From a virus (taxonomy: Duplodnaviria > Caudoviricetes): a stretch of 64,000 nucleotides of DNA. The stretch lies in IMG/VR virus record IMGVR_UViG_3300046490_000065, positions 1 through 64,000 of that record, one strand, 5' to 3'. Shown one piece after another: positions 8,072 to 17,099 of the stretch. Position numbers and translations under genes: made by a program. Position 1 is the first letter of the stretch, and every line of letters starts with the position of its first letter. The notes below the pieces were generated by a model. The model was not told the origin of the DNA and did no database searches. It saw nothing but the letters and a program-made list of their open reading frames with translations.

Positions 8072-8894
8072 ATTCATCTCGCTCAAGGAGCCGACCAAGT
8101 ACGGCTACATCTACGACTCGGAAGCGTGGAGCACCGGCACTCGCTTCTGCATGTCCCGCCACTTCCAGCAGTGTGAGACGTATGGCGACGTGCATGAGAA
8201 CGGCAATTACATCCAACACAGCGGCGAGTGGACCGTCCAAGTGGAGTTCTTAGCCGACTACCTCGCATCATTGGCAACCTACATCATGGCCAACCCCGGC
8301 GAAGAGACAGACAAGTTGCTCCATCACGTGTCCTACGACGTCACACGCCGGCCTTCGGATGCGTCCATCGCGTTCGCCGCTTCTGTGAAGTTCAAGTCTA
8401 CGGTGGACTCGGCCGGCGAGGCGACTGGCTACGAGAAACATCGTCGGTGGTTCTCTACGGATGAGAAGAAGGTGTCCGCCAGCGAGTCCAAGCGCTACGA
8501 CAAGCGCTACACCGAAGTCGATAAGCAGCACGATGGCTCGCCGGATGCCATCTATCGGATGCTCATTCCAGAGTACGCCGATGGCTTGGAGTTCTACACC
8601 TACGCCGATGCTATCCGGGACTGGTGCCAAGCCGACCCGGACCATCAGCGGCCGTACTTCTATGGCCACGCGGCACAGTTCTTGAAGTGGTTCGATGGAG
8701 ACACCCGTAAGGCTGCGGATTTGCGGTGCGCCTACAAGGCATGTCTCAGCCTTGCACTGGCCCACCAGCATCGCGCCGAAGCCGAGTGTATGCTCCACAA
8801 CCTCCACTGGCCGCCGAAAACGGAGGTTCAGGAGAACGGATTAACGGCGGAAGAGAACCGGACGGCGGCATCGGAGGCAGTCGATGCGGCCTAA
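8061..8894 (+). CDS. hypothetical protein
   Basis: GGAGG SD, long ORF. Confidence 0.75.
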   Translation: MRHKFISLKEPTKYGYIYDSEAWSTGTRFCMSRHFQQCETYGDVHENGNYIQHSGEWTVQVEFLADYLASLATYIMANPGEETDKLLHHVSYDVTRRPSDASIAFAASVKFKSTVDSAGEATGYEKHRRWFSTDEKKVSASESKRYDKRYTEVDKQHDGSPDAIYRMLIPEYADGLEFYTYADAIRDWCQADPDHQRPYFYGHAAQFLKWFDGDTRKAADLRCAYKACLSLALAHQHRAEAECMLHNLHWPPKTEVQENGLTAEENRTAASEAVDAA

Positions 8895-9162
8895 CTGGAC
8901 CATCAGGCGCACGTCGCCGACTCCGCGAGAGCGGATCGAGATGATGCCCTATGGATCCAGCGAGCAGATGGAGGCGGCGGACAAGTGGTTCCGTCGCTTC
9001 ATGAAGCTCTGGCTGGAATCGGGGCCATACACCGAGACGGGCCGCTGTGAGTGGCTCATGAAGGCGTTGTACCGAGCCTACACGGTCCTGCATAACAATG
9101 ACATCTGGTATCAGGCCCGGCGTCGATGGAACTACGACCGGGCGGAGGAACAGCGCTCATGA
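8884..9162 (+). CDS. hypothetical protein
   Basis: Overlapping operon packing. Confidence 0.6.
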   Translation: MRPNWTIRRTSPTPRERIEMMPYGSSEQMEAADKWFRRFMKLWLESGPYTETGRCEWLMKALYRAYTVLHNNDIWYQARRRWNYDRAEEQRS

Positions 9163-9332
9163 GCTACGAAGCTAAGGGCAATGGCAACTACCGCATCTTT
9201 GGCCCAAACTTCGTCGCGGAAGTCCACATGACCTACGCCGATGGAAGATGGAATTGCAGTGTCCATAACTGCAACAACGTTGATATCAGTGCATGGGACA
9301 TCGCTCTCTGGTGCGAACAGAACATTCAGTAG
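9159..9332 (+). CDS. small hypothetical protein
   Basis: ATGA overlap. Confidence 0.5.
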   Translation: MSYEAKGNGNYRIFGPNFVAEVHMTYADGRWNCSVHNCNNVDISAWDIALWCEQNIQ

Positions 9333-9340
9333 CCAGCTTA

Positions 9341-9367
9341 GGCCGCCCTGGTGACAGCAGGACGGCC
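9341..9367 (+). promoter_or_regulatory. GTGACAG-loop hairpin, copy 1
   Basis: GGCCGCCCTG-GTGACAG-CAGGACGGCC, intergenic. Confidence 0.55.
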
Positions 9368-9399
9368 GTGGAAGTCTACTGGACTTCAGAAGGAGCACT

Positions 9400-9675
9400 A
9401 TGCAGACTGAACAAACTTCCGTAGGATCGCAACTGCGGGAGAAATACAACGCGATGACGCCGGAGGATCAGGAGCAGTTGGCCGATTCCCTCCGTGAGGC
9501 CATCTACCATCTGGCCGCGTGCTGGGACGCCTGCTTTCAAGTGGAGGTCCTCTGCGGTCAGGAATTCGACGTAGAGAGCGAGCACCTTTCCGGTCTAACT
9601 GGAGACATCGGAGATCCGGCAGAGGCCCACTCACTCAGCATCGGAGACATTCTCGACCGTATGGAGGTGGATTAA
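9400..9675 (+). CDS. acidic hypothetical protein
   Basis: AAGGAG SD. Confidence 0.7.
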   Translation: MQTEQTSVGSQLREKYNAMTPEDQEQLADSLREAIYHLAACWDACFQVEVLCGQEFDVESEHLSGLTGDIGDPAEAHSLSIGDILDRMEVD

Positions 9676-9957
9676 ATGTGGCGCTGTCCCACCTGCAATT
9701 CCAAAGACCACCTGAACATTTCCGTGGAGGTATGGGCCAAGCTCATCCAGCCGGACAGTGAGCCGGAGGCGTTCGAGACTGATCTCGATGAGGCCGAGTC
9801 TCATGACCACGAGTGGTCTGCCAACAGCGTTATGATGTGCGTGAACCCAGACTGCGCCGACAGTAACGACACGCACATCGCTGAGTACTTCGAGGTGGAG
9901 GACGAGGACGAGGACGATGCCGAGGAAGACGATACCGCTGGCACCGAATCTGCCTGA
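9676..9957 (+). CDS. acidic Zn-ribbon protein
   Basis: CPTC...CVNPDC; GGAGG SD. Confidence 0.65.
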   Translation: MWRCPTCNSKDHLNISVEVWAKLIQPDSEPEAFETDLDEAESHDHEWSANSVMMCVNPDCADSNDTHIAEYFEVEDEDEDDAEEDDTAGTESA

Positions 9958-10276
9958 TTTGGACTGCATGTCGGCGGCAGAGTTGGAGGACTTCCTCCGG
10001 CGCTATGCTGGCCCCCATGTGGGCCGCCGTATGTTCCCTGGGCAATCGCTCTACTTCGACAAGGCGGCCAAAACCATCATCGGCTTGGCCACCTGCCGCC
10101 TGAAGTACCTCCGGACGAATCGCTATGTATTCGTTCGGGAGTTCGATAAGCGCTATAGAAAACTTCCACCATGGGCGCAGTGGCGGCGCTACTTCAACAT
10201 CCAAGGCTGCGTACTCCCAGGGAAGAAGCTTCGGAAGACCGTGCCACACAAGGACCGTAACGGTAAGTGGCACTAG
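9917..10276 (+). CDS. basic hypothetical protein
   Basis: ORF in operon. Confidence 0.55.
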   Translation: MPRKTIPLAPNLPDLDCMSAAELEDFLRRYAGPHVGRRMFPGQSLYFDKAAKTIIGLATCRLKYLRTNRYVFVREFDKRYRKLPPWAQWRRYFNIQGCVLPGKKLRKTVPHKDRNGKWH

Positions 10277-10293
10277 TGCGGCGCGAAAAGGTC

Positions 10294-10322
10294 TTGACTT
10301 GCGGCAGTTTAGGCTGTACGCT
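10294..10322 (+). promoter_or_regulatory. sigma70-type promoter
   Basis: TTGACT-N17-TACGCT. Confidence 0.75.
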
Positions 10323-10384
10323 CACAAAGAGGAAACCAACTTTCGCCGAATCAATCGGCGGATAAACCAACAACAGGAGAACGC

Positions 10385-10618
10385 ATGAACGAGAAGCAGA
10401 AGATGATGTTCCTGGAACTTCTCTGGAACTCACTGAAGCAGGAACCCGCGCCGGAGCGGAAGTGGAAGCGCCGCAAGCCGGAAGATGAGCGGCGGCAGAC
10501 CGGATGGGGCACCAAGACCCGCTGTGGGTTGATGGCCTGCATTGAGCGGATTGTGCGGGACGGTGATAGCCCGGAATCTTCCAGAAACTATGAACACGAC
10601 GGAGTTTCCTCATGCTGA
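10385..10618 (+). CDS. hypothetical protein
   Basis: CAACAACAGGAG SD downstream of promoter. Confidence 0.7.
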   Translation: MNEKQKMMFLELLWNSLKQEPAPERKWKRRKPEDERRQTGWGTKTRCGLMACIERIVRDGDSPESSRNYEHDGVSSC

Positions 10619-10887
10619 AGACTGAGCGCAACACGCCATCTATGGGGGCGAGGGTTGAGCGTGCCTTCCGCAACTCTGGCATCTATCGCAGCCTGCCACG
10701 ATCCAGCAAGGGCTGCATTCGCAAAATGCGCCGGATCAATGCCGACTTCGAGCACGGCCAGTGGTGGATCACTGACTTGCGCACTGGTGCCCAGTGGTCC
10801 GTGGATGACGCCGAAGGCAGCGAAGCTCGCGGCGTATACGATGGCTTTTGCTTCGAACGGGTGACTGAGGGGGACACTTCATGCTGA
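10612..10887 (+). CDS. hypothetical protein
   Basis: Operon packing. Confidence 0.6.
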   Translation: MLKTERNTPSMGARVERAFRNSGIYRSLPRSSKGCIRKMRRINADFEHGQWWITDLRTGAQWSVDDAEGSEARGVYDGFCFERVTEGDTSC

Positions 10888-11129
10888 AACCACTGATCGA
10901 GATGGTTTTCGGCTGCCAGCACTCACACACCACGTTCCCGATGACGCCCCGAAGGGAAGGGCCGCTCCACCGATTCCGCCGGAAGGAAATGCCAGCAATT
11001 ACCTGCCTGGACTGCGGCGCCGAGTTCGACTATGACTGGCGCCACATGAAGGTGGGCAAGAGGCGATATCCGCCAATCCATCAGCACCCCGACGTGCGTC
11101 CAACATTGGACGCCGAACGCGCATCGTAA
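10881..11129 (+). CDS. small Cys/His protein resembling an Acidobacteriota-typical family
   Basis: FGCQHSHTTFPMT...TCLDCGAEFDYDWRHMK. Confidence 0.65.
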   Translation: MLKPLIEMVFGCQHSHTTFPMTPRREGPLHRFRRKEMPAITCLDCGAEFDYDWRHMKVGKRRYPPIHQHPDVRPTLDAERAS

Positions 11130-11207
11130 GCGATGCAGGCCGCGCTTTCCAGCAGAGAGCGCGTCCTAGATGGCTTACCCAAAGCGATCAGAAGGAGCAC
11201 CGACAGC

Positions 11208-11561
11208 ATGAAGATTACAACGAGTATCACCAAGCTACGGGCGGCCGGAGCCTGCAAACCCAGGCTAGCCGTTCTCATGAATACCCTCTGCGGGTCGCAT
11301 ATCGATCTCGATGCTGATCTGGACAAACAAATCGTCCACGCCATCCACGCCATGGGCAACCACGCCGATCTGCCCATCAACGCCCTCGACATCCTCCACT
11401 CCAACGGAGTCGAGGACATCCTGTGGCTCATGGACTCCCCAGCCTGTCACCAGGATACGGCCCCGGCGTTGGCCGAGTATGAGCGCGTCACGGCCCCGGC
11501 GTTGGCCGAGTATGAGCGCGTCACGGCCCCGGCGTTGGAAACCATATTGGGAGGTGAGTGA
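11208..11561 (+). CDS. hypothetical protein with 11-aa tandem repeat
   Basis: AAGGAG SD; TAPALAEYERV x2.5. Confidence 0.7.
   Translation: MKITTSITKLRAAGACKPRLAVLMNTLCGSHIDLDADLDKQIVHAIHAMGNHADLPINALDILHSNGVEDILWLMDSPACHQDTAPALAEYERVTAPALAEYERVTAPALETILGGE
11457..11538 (+). repeat. 33-bp perfect tandem repeat, 2.5 copies
   Basis: ACGGCCCCGGCGTTGGCCGAGTATGAGCGCGTC. Confidence 0.95.
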
Positions 11562-13033
11562 AAATGAGCTTGATCCAGCAGTTCAAGGCCGCCTATGGGA
11601 AGTCGGTTCCGCTAATTGTCATCCAGACGGCGGATCCGGCCGCCACAGTGGCTAACATTCGAAGCAGTATGAACGGATCGGCACCGCCGATCCTACTCTG
11701 GGACATCGTACGGGGAGTTCGTTCCCTGAACGATAAGGGGAAAGAGATTCTTTCCACTATCCCCGATGCCGCCAACAAGGTGGACCCCATCGACGTGATG
11801 ATCGCGGCCGAGAGTCTGCCAGAAGACACGATCCTCTTCATGAGCAACATGCACCGAGTGATCGCTGGCAACGGTGTCTCTCAGGCCGTATGGAACCTCC
11901 GGGACCTATTCAAGGTCACTCATCGGTGTCTGGTCATGCTCTGCCCGTCTATCGATCTGCCGGTGGAGATCCAGCAGGACGTGATGGTCCTGGATGAGCC
12001 GCTGCCGGACAACGCACAGTTAGAGAAGATCGTGGCGGACATCTACAAGTCCGCACAGCAGAGCTACCCGGACATGGTGATCCCGGAGGACCTCAGCAAG
12101 CCGGTAGGGGCACTATCCGGACTCGCCGCATTCCCGGCCGAACAATCCTGTGCCGTCAGCCTGACCCGCAAGGGGATCAATCAGGACTGGCTATGGGAAA
12201 GGAAGAGGCGTGCGATCGAGGCTACCAAGGGGCTCGCCGTGCATCGCGGCAATGAGACCTTTGACCAGATCGGTGGCTGTGAGAACATCAAGCAGTTCCT
12301 CATGAGCGTTGTGAACGGCAAGGAGCCTCCTCTTGGTATCGTCTTCCAGGACGAGATTGAGAAGCAAGTGGCCGGCGCGGGCGGCGACACCTCCGGCGTC
12401 AGTGGAGAACTCCACGGCATTCAGCTTTCCTGGATGCAGGACCACCGGGCCGATGGATCGATCTTCATCGGCCCCCCCGGCGCCGCGAAGTCGGTCTTGG
12501 CCAAAGCATTCGGCAACACGGCCGGAGTGCCTACCATCGTGCTCGATACTGGCGCGATGAAGTCGTCTCTGGTTGGCGACAGCGGTGCTAACTTCCGCCA
12601 AGCGCTCAAGGTCATCCATTCGATCTCACAGGGGAGGACGTACTTCGTAGCTACTTGCAACTCCATCGAGGCAGTGAGCCCGGAGCTACGTCGGCGGTTT
12701 AAGTCCGGAATTTTCTTCTTCGATCTCCCAACGGCCGATGAGCGCAAGGCAATCTGGAAGATCTACTTCGGCAAGTACAAACTGGACAAACAGCAGCTTC
12801 CGAATGACGCCAACTGGACCGGCGCCGAGATCGAACAGGCTTGTTCGCTGTCCTGGAAGCTCAATGTCTCACTCATCCAGGCCGCCAACTACATCGTTCC
12901 GGTGGCCAAATCGGACGCCGAACGAATCAAGCGGCTCCGTCAACAGGCCGATGGTAAGTTCATCAGCGCTTCCTACTCGGGAGTCTATCAACTCGAACAA
13001 CAGGCCGAGACCGGCCGGAGGATTGAACTGTGA
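11558..13033 (+). CDS. Ycf46-like AAA+ ATPase with Walker B block placed before Walker A block
   Basis: FDQIGGCENIK, IVFQDEIEK, GPPGAAKS, FVATCN, IFFFDLP, WTGAEIEQ; Ycf46-type N-terminal domain. Confidence 0.88.
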   Translation: MKMSLIQQFKAAYGKSVPLIVIQTADPAATVANIRSSMNGSAPPILLWDIVRGVRSLNDKGKEILSTIPDAANKVDPIDVMIAAESLPEDTILFMSNMHRVIAGNGVSQAVWNLRDLFKVTHRCLVMLCPSIDLPVEIQQDVMVLDEPLPDNAQLEKIVADIYKSAQQSYPDMVIPEDLSKPVGALSGLAAFPAEQSCAVSLTRKGINQDWLWERKRRAIEATKGLAVHRGNETFDQIGGCENIKQFLMSVVNGKEPPLGIVFQDEIEKQVAGAGGDTSGVSGELHGIQLSWMQDHRADGSIFIGPPGAAKSVLAKAFGNTAGVPTIVLDTGAMKSSLVGDSGANFRQALKVIHSISQGRTYFVATCNSIEAVSPELRRRFKSGIFFFDLPTADERKAIWKIYFGKYKLDKQQLPNDANWTGAEIEQACSLSWKLNVSLIQAANYIVPVAKSDAERIKRLRQQADGKFISASYSGVYQLEQQAETGRRIEL

Positions 13034-13539
13034 TGAGACTATTCTGGAGACGGGAGGACCCCACTCCGAAGCATCCTAAGGGATGGATCAACCTGATCTA
13101 CTCTGACGGCCACACCGATTCGATTGTTGAGCATGAACTGCTGAACAAGGACATTCGTGAACTTACGGTATCTGATATCGTGAAATCTCTTCCTGTTAGC
13201 GCCGTTCTCTTCGATAACTATCGGGAAGAGTCAGAGCGGGCTCTCAAGGCTCTCCTCGCAAGGGAAATAGACGACGGGCCGATCCGTAGGTTTGTCGCCT
13301 TTGGATGCTCCTACGAGGACGACCCCGGCGATGATGTTGTAGACCTGCATTACCTATTGGCCAGCAGCATGGAGAAAGCGGAGGAGGTGCTGGCTGAACG
13401 TTATGGCGAGTTCACGATGCAGACCGTTTGGCCGCTTAACTCTCTGATTGCTTCCCTATCGGCGGCGGCCGGCGAGTCCGACCAGGAATACCAGAAGCGG
13501 GTAACTGTGAAGGAGGATGAAGAGGAGGACGACGAATAG
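13030..13539 (+). CDS. acidic hypothetical protein
   Basis: GTGA overlap. Confidence 0.65.
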   Translation: MMRLFWRREDPTPKHPKGWINLIYSDGHTDSIVEHELLNKDIRELTVSDIVKSLPVSAVLFDNYREESERALKALLAREIDDGPIRRFVAFGCSYEDDPGDDVVDLHYLLASSMEKAEEVLAERYGEFTMQTVWPLNSLIASLSAAAGESDQEYQKRVTVKEDEEEDDE

Positions 13540-13608
13540 CTGCTTGGGGCGGCATGGGCCGCCCCTTCATCCGGCCATCGGGAAAGCCGGTGGTCAGATG
13601 GAGGTAGC

Positions 13609-13917
13609 ATGGCAGCAACGTACACGAAGTTACAGAACGGAAGCTGGGGCGTTCGCGCATCCGGCAAATTGACCGATGGAGCTACCGTCGTGGTTAGTAA
13701 GAAAGACGGTAGCACCAAGACGGAGACCGTGGAGAAAGTCCTATGGTCCGGTAAGGACCAGAAGACCGGCGCAATCGTCAGTCTTTGCGCTATAGAACGG
13801 GACAATGGCGGCGGATCGCGGTACAGTGGCCGACGCCGATACCGCGATGACGACCAATGCACCTGTCCGGCTTGCAGTTCGGGGAGTGAATGTCTTTGTA
13901 TCTATGGGAGGGGTTAG
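13609..13917 (+). CDS. conserved phage hypothetical protein
   Basis: GGAGG SD; TYTKLQNGSWGVR...VVVSKKDG. Confidence 0.7.
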   Translation: MAATYTKLQNGSWGVRASGKLTDGATVVVSKKDGSTKTETVEKVLWSGKDQKTGAIVSLCAIERDNGGGSRYSGRRRYRDDDQCTCPACSSGSECLCIYGRG

Positions 13918-14343
13918 ATGTCGAAATACGCGCAGTTTCCCACCAGCCTTACCGAAGGATCTCCACTTGTGGAGGCGCTTCGCTCACTGGGGTACGATGT
14001 GGCCACATCCGCCACACCGCAACCCTGCAACGGATACCAAGGGTCTCAGGGCCAAACGGCCGAGATCATCGTATCCAAGAAAAGCCTGATCGCCAAACAT
14101 GGCCATTGCTTTGGCGACATCGGGTTCACTAAGACGGCCGATGGCACCTACAAGGCCATCATTGACGACCTGGACCAGGACACCATCGGCGGCGATGGCT
14201 GGATGAACCGGCTGAAGCAGGAGTACACGGCCCAGCGGCAGATCGCGGTAGGCCGCATGAAGGGCTATACATATCAAGGGCGTGAAGTCGTGAAGCTGGC
14301 CGATGGCCGAGAGCAGGTACGGCTACAGTTCAAGGGGAGGTGA
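13918..14343 (+). CDS. DUF1257 (Ycf35-like) protein
   Basis: LVEALRSLGY...GDIGFTK...Y...D...LKQEY; usual neighbour of Ycf46-like AAA genes. Confidence 0.8.
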   Translation: MSKYAQFPTSLTEGSPLVEALRSLGYDVATSATPQPCNGYQGSQGQTAEIIVSKKSLIAKHGHCFGDIGFTKTADGTYKAIIDDLDQDTIGGDGWMNRLKQEYTAQRQIAVGRMKGYTYQGREVVKLADGREQVRLQFKGR

Positions 14344-14531
14344 GTATGGCAAAGACGATTACGGTAGTGGTGGAACCGGACGGGACCTTTTCTGTCGATC
14401 TGAAGGGGTTCGTGGGACAAGGGTGCGCCAAGGTGATGGCGGACTTCGCTGGCGGCGAGAAGCCCATCCTGGAGCGGAACAAGCCGGAGTTCCGAGAGGT
14501 GGAGAAGCAGGAGGCGAAACAGCGTGGCTAA
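14340..14531 (+). CDS. DUF2997 protein
   Basis: ITVVVEPDG...KGFVGQGC...KPEF. Confidence 0.8.
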   Translation: MSMAKTITVVVEPDGTFSVDLKGFVGQGCAKVMADFAGGEKPILERNKPEFREVEKQEAKQRG

Positions 14532-14760
14532 ATCGCGCCGCCCAACCCTCAAGGAGCAGGAGCAAGCCTGCGAGATCTGGAACCTCAAACACCCAGTGGG
14601 GACGAAAGTCACCTGCCGTATGGACTCAGGCGAAGTCCGGCACACTGTGACTACATCGGAAGCTCAGATGCTCTCCGGCCATACGGCAGTTATCTGGCTG
14701 GATGGGATCAGCGGGTGTTACCTTCTGGCACGAGTGGAGGTTGATCGTGCGTCTGCATAG
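14524..14760 (+). CDS. conserved phage hypothetical protein
   Basis: WNLKHPVGTKV...TTSEAQMLSGHTAVIWLDGISGCY. Confidence 0.65.
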   Translation: MAKSRRPTLKEQEQACEIWNLKHPVGTKVTCRMDSGEVRHTVTTSEAQMLSGHTAVIWLDGISGCYLLARVEVDRASA

Positions 14761-15418
14761 CATCCTTCACGGAAGTCGGGCCAACGGTCCCGGCCTGCGG
14801 TCTGTCATTTGGACACAGGGTTGTGGCATGCAACCCCTTTGCCCCGGTTGCCAGAATCCCGCCACCCATAGTTTCAGCGGCGGTCTGGAGATCGAGCCGG
14901 AAGACTTGGCCTATCAGATCATCCGCGAGGCCGCCGATGGGACCGAGGGGATCACGATCTCTGGCGGAGAGCCGATGTCTCAGGCCGCTTCTCTCTACCG
15001 CTTCATCTGCATGATCAACGCTATTCGGCCGCAATGGGACATTGGCCTCTTCACGGGATACACGGTAACGGAGCTTCAGACCGGCCATTACGATATGCGA
15101 GAACCCTTCAGCGAGTTCGCTAATACGTTCGAGCAATCTATGGAGAACCAACGCCTCTGGAACCTGCAAATCCTTGACCGGCTTACATGGGCCGTCTTCG
15201 GGAGATTCGACTCATCGCGTCCAACGTTGGACAACCAACCGCACCATAAACTTTGCAGTAGCGCCAACCAGCACTTGATGATTTTCCAGCGCTACTGGCG
15301 TCGATGGAGTTACGACGATTTTCCTGCTCGCTCCATGGAAGTCAACATCGAACCGGATGGACTAGTAAAGATCAGCGGGTTTCCGCCGATCAAATCAACA
15401 GAAGGAGAACACGCATGA
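14747..15418 (+). CDS. radical SAM protein, NrdG/glycyl-radical activase-like
   Basis: ANGPGLRSVIWTQGC-x5-CPGC, GITISGGEP, LFTGY, SANQ. Confidence 0.85.
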   Translation: MRLHSILHGSRANGPGLRSVIWTQGCGMQPLCPGCQNPATHSFSGGLEIEPEDLAYQIIREAADGTEGITISGGEPMSQAASLYRFICMINAIRPQWDIGLFTGYTVTELQTGHYDMREPFSEFANTFEQSMENQRLWNLQILDRLTWAVFGRFDSSRPTLDNQPHHKLCSSANQHLMIFQRYWRRWSYDDFPARSMEVNIEPDGLVKISGFPPIKSTEGEHA

Positions 15419-16422
15419 GCACTACGCCGACAATGCCCGCACCTAGCGTCTTACCGGCGCTCAACATAACTGACCGTACCGTGGCTATCAATCTCACGAT
15501 TGGCCGGCCAGGGAACTCCAAGAAGGTCTCCAAGAGCCAGATCAGCGAGAAGACCGAGAACTCCACCGTCACCCAGGACGCAGCGGTGGAAGTCGATGCC
15601 GACAAGGATTTGGTTGGAGTGTCGAAGAAACTCCTGAAGTCGAAGGAACTCCAGTCCATCGTGAAGCACGACGCCGAGACGGCCGAGTGGGTAAAGGCCC
15701 GCTCTGTGCCGTCCATGTTCAAAAAGGGGATCCACCTCGTGAAGATCGCCGCCGTCCAGCAGATCGAGGACTACCTACTAGAGGCCCAGCGGGTTCGCAA
15801 GGAAGTCCTAATCCCGGCGTTCCTGGCCGTCTACGACCAGCAGCGGGCCGAGGCCGAGCAACACCTCCGGGGGATCTACAATGCGGCCGATTACCCGCCC
15901 CGTGGAGTTGTGGCGGCATCGTTCGTGTTCGAGTGGGCCTACATCACCTTTGCCACGCCGGGAAAGCTCAAGGAGATCTCTGCGGACTTCTTCGAGCGGG
16001 AGAAAGCCAAGGCGGCCGAGAAGTGGTCCCAGGCCACCGAGCAGGCCAAGATCCTCCTACGGGTCCAGATGAAAGACCTTGTGGACCACCTCGTGGAGCG
16101 GCTTACGCCGGGAGATGACGGCAAGAAAAAAATATTCAAGAAGACCACCGTCTCCAACATCAGCGAGTTCCTGGAAAATTTCTCACTCCGTAACGTCACG
16201 GATGACGCCGAGATGGACTTCTTGGTGGGCCAAGCCAAAAAGCTCCTGGACGGTGTGGACCCGGACCAACTGCGCAAGTCGGAGGTCGATTCCGAGTGTC
16301 TTGCCAAGGGATTTGGGACGGTGAAGACGTTCCTGGACCAAATGGTAGAAGACGCTGGTTCGAGAAAGATCGTGTTCGATTCAGAGGAAGAGGAGGAAGA
16401 GGTAAACCCCTTCGGCGACTAG
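15415..16422 (+). CDS. helical hypothetical protein (DUF3150-like)
   Basis: AAGGAG SD; YNAADYP...F.F.W pattern. Confidence 0.6.
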   Translation: MSTTPTMPAPSVLPALNITDRTVAINLTIGRPGNSKKVSKSQISEKTENSTVTQDAAVEVDADKDLVGVSKKLLKSKELQSIVKHDAETAEWVKARSVPSMFKKGIHLVKIAAVQQIEDYLLEAQRVRKEVLIPAFLAVYDQQRAEAEQHLRGIYNAADYPPRGVVAASFVFEWAYITFATPGKLKEISADFFEREKAKAAEKWSQATEQAKILLRVQMKDLVDHLVERLTPGDDGKKKIFKKTTVSNISEFLENFSLRNVTDDAEMDFLVGQAKKLLDGVDPDQLRKSEVDSECLAKGFGTVKTFLDQMVEDAGSRKIVFDSEEEEEEVNPFGD

Positions 16423-16937
16423 GGAATGTGCTTCCATGCTCTCCTAGTAACTATGAAATACACATTCTGATGGCACACTCCGAACATTTCGGCCAGTTCT
16501 TCATTGCTATGGAATCCGGTGGCCCACAGGCTGCGAAGTTCCGTTACCTGTTCATCGGTGAGCTTGGACTGGCCGTTCTGTTCCCCTTTTGCGGATCTGC
16601 CTTTGTTGTTCCGATCCGCGTGATTAGTGGCACATGTGCCAACAAAAAGGTGATCTGGGTTGCAACACGGCGGATTATCGCAGGTGTGGCAGACCAGCAG
16701 TGGATGAGGGTCTACTCCGTGGCGGATGAAGTAGGCCACGCGATTAGCCCTAAACGGCCAATTACGGGTGTGGTTAATCCTGACATTAAACGCCCCGTAA
16801 CCCCTAAAGGTCTTTCCTGCCGTCCAACCCCAGCAGTCACCATGCGGGCCTTGGCCGGGAGTCTGATCCACTTTCGACCAGAAACGGGCGATGTCTTGCG
16901 CCGTGAGCGGTGGAAGTGGTTTACTCGTTACAGGCAT
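16419..16937 (-). CDS. HNH homing endonuclease with C-terminal HTH (copy 1)
   Basis: RFWSKVD...CWGW...VCHTCDNPPCCNPDHLFVGT...KLTDEQV. Confidence 0.92.
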   Translation of the reverse strand: MPVTSKPLPPLTAQDIARFWSKVDQTPGQGPHGDCWGWTAGKTFRGYGAFNVRINHTRNWPFRANRVAYFIRHGVDPHPLLVCHTCDNPPCCNPDHLFVGTCATNHADRNNKGRSAKGEQNGQSKLTDEQVTELRSLWATGFHSNEELAEMFGVCHQNVYFIVTRRAWKHIP

Positions 16938-17022
16938 GTTGGTCACCTCCATGACCGATGCGCCGAGCGGGCGGGTGCTGAAACACTCGCCTGCACCCTT
17001 CCATTATAACTTACTGAACCAC

Positions 17023-17082
17023 CTGTAGGCGGCTCTCGTGACAGGAGAGCCGCACGGCAGATGGCTCCGTCCAATGTTGGAG
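17023..17082 (+). promoter_or_regulatory. GTGACAG-loop hairpin, copy 2, followed by the 14-bp palindrome
   Basis: GCGGCTCTC-GTGACAG-GAGAGCCGC ... GCAGATGGCTC ... GTCCAATGTTGGA. Confidence 0.65.
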
Positions 17083-17099
17083 CGATCGCAAGGAGCATT

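Noticed and set aside
14747-15418. Calling this gene nrdG
   Set aside because: No nrdD in the window, altered Cys spacing, and a different gene context.
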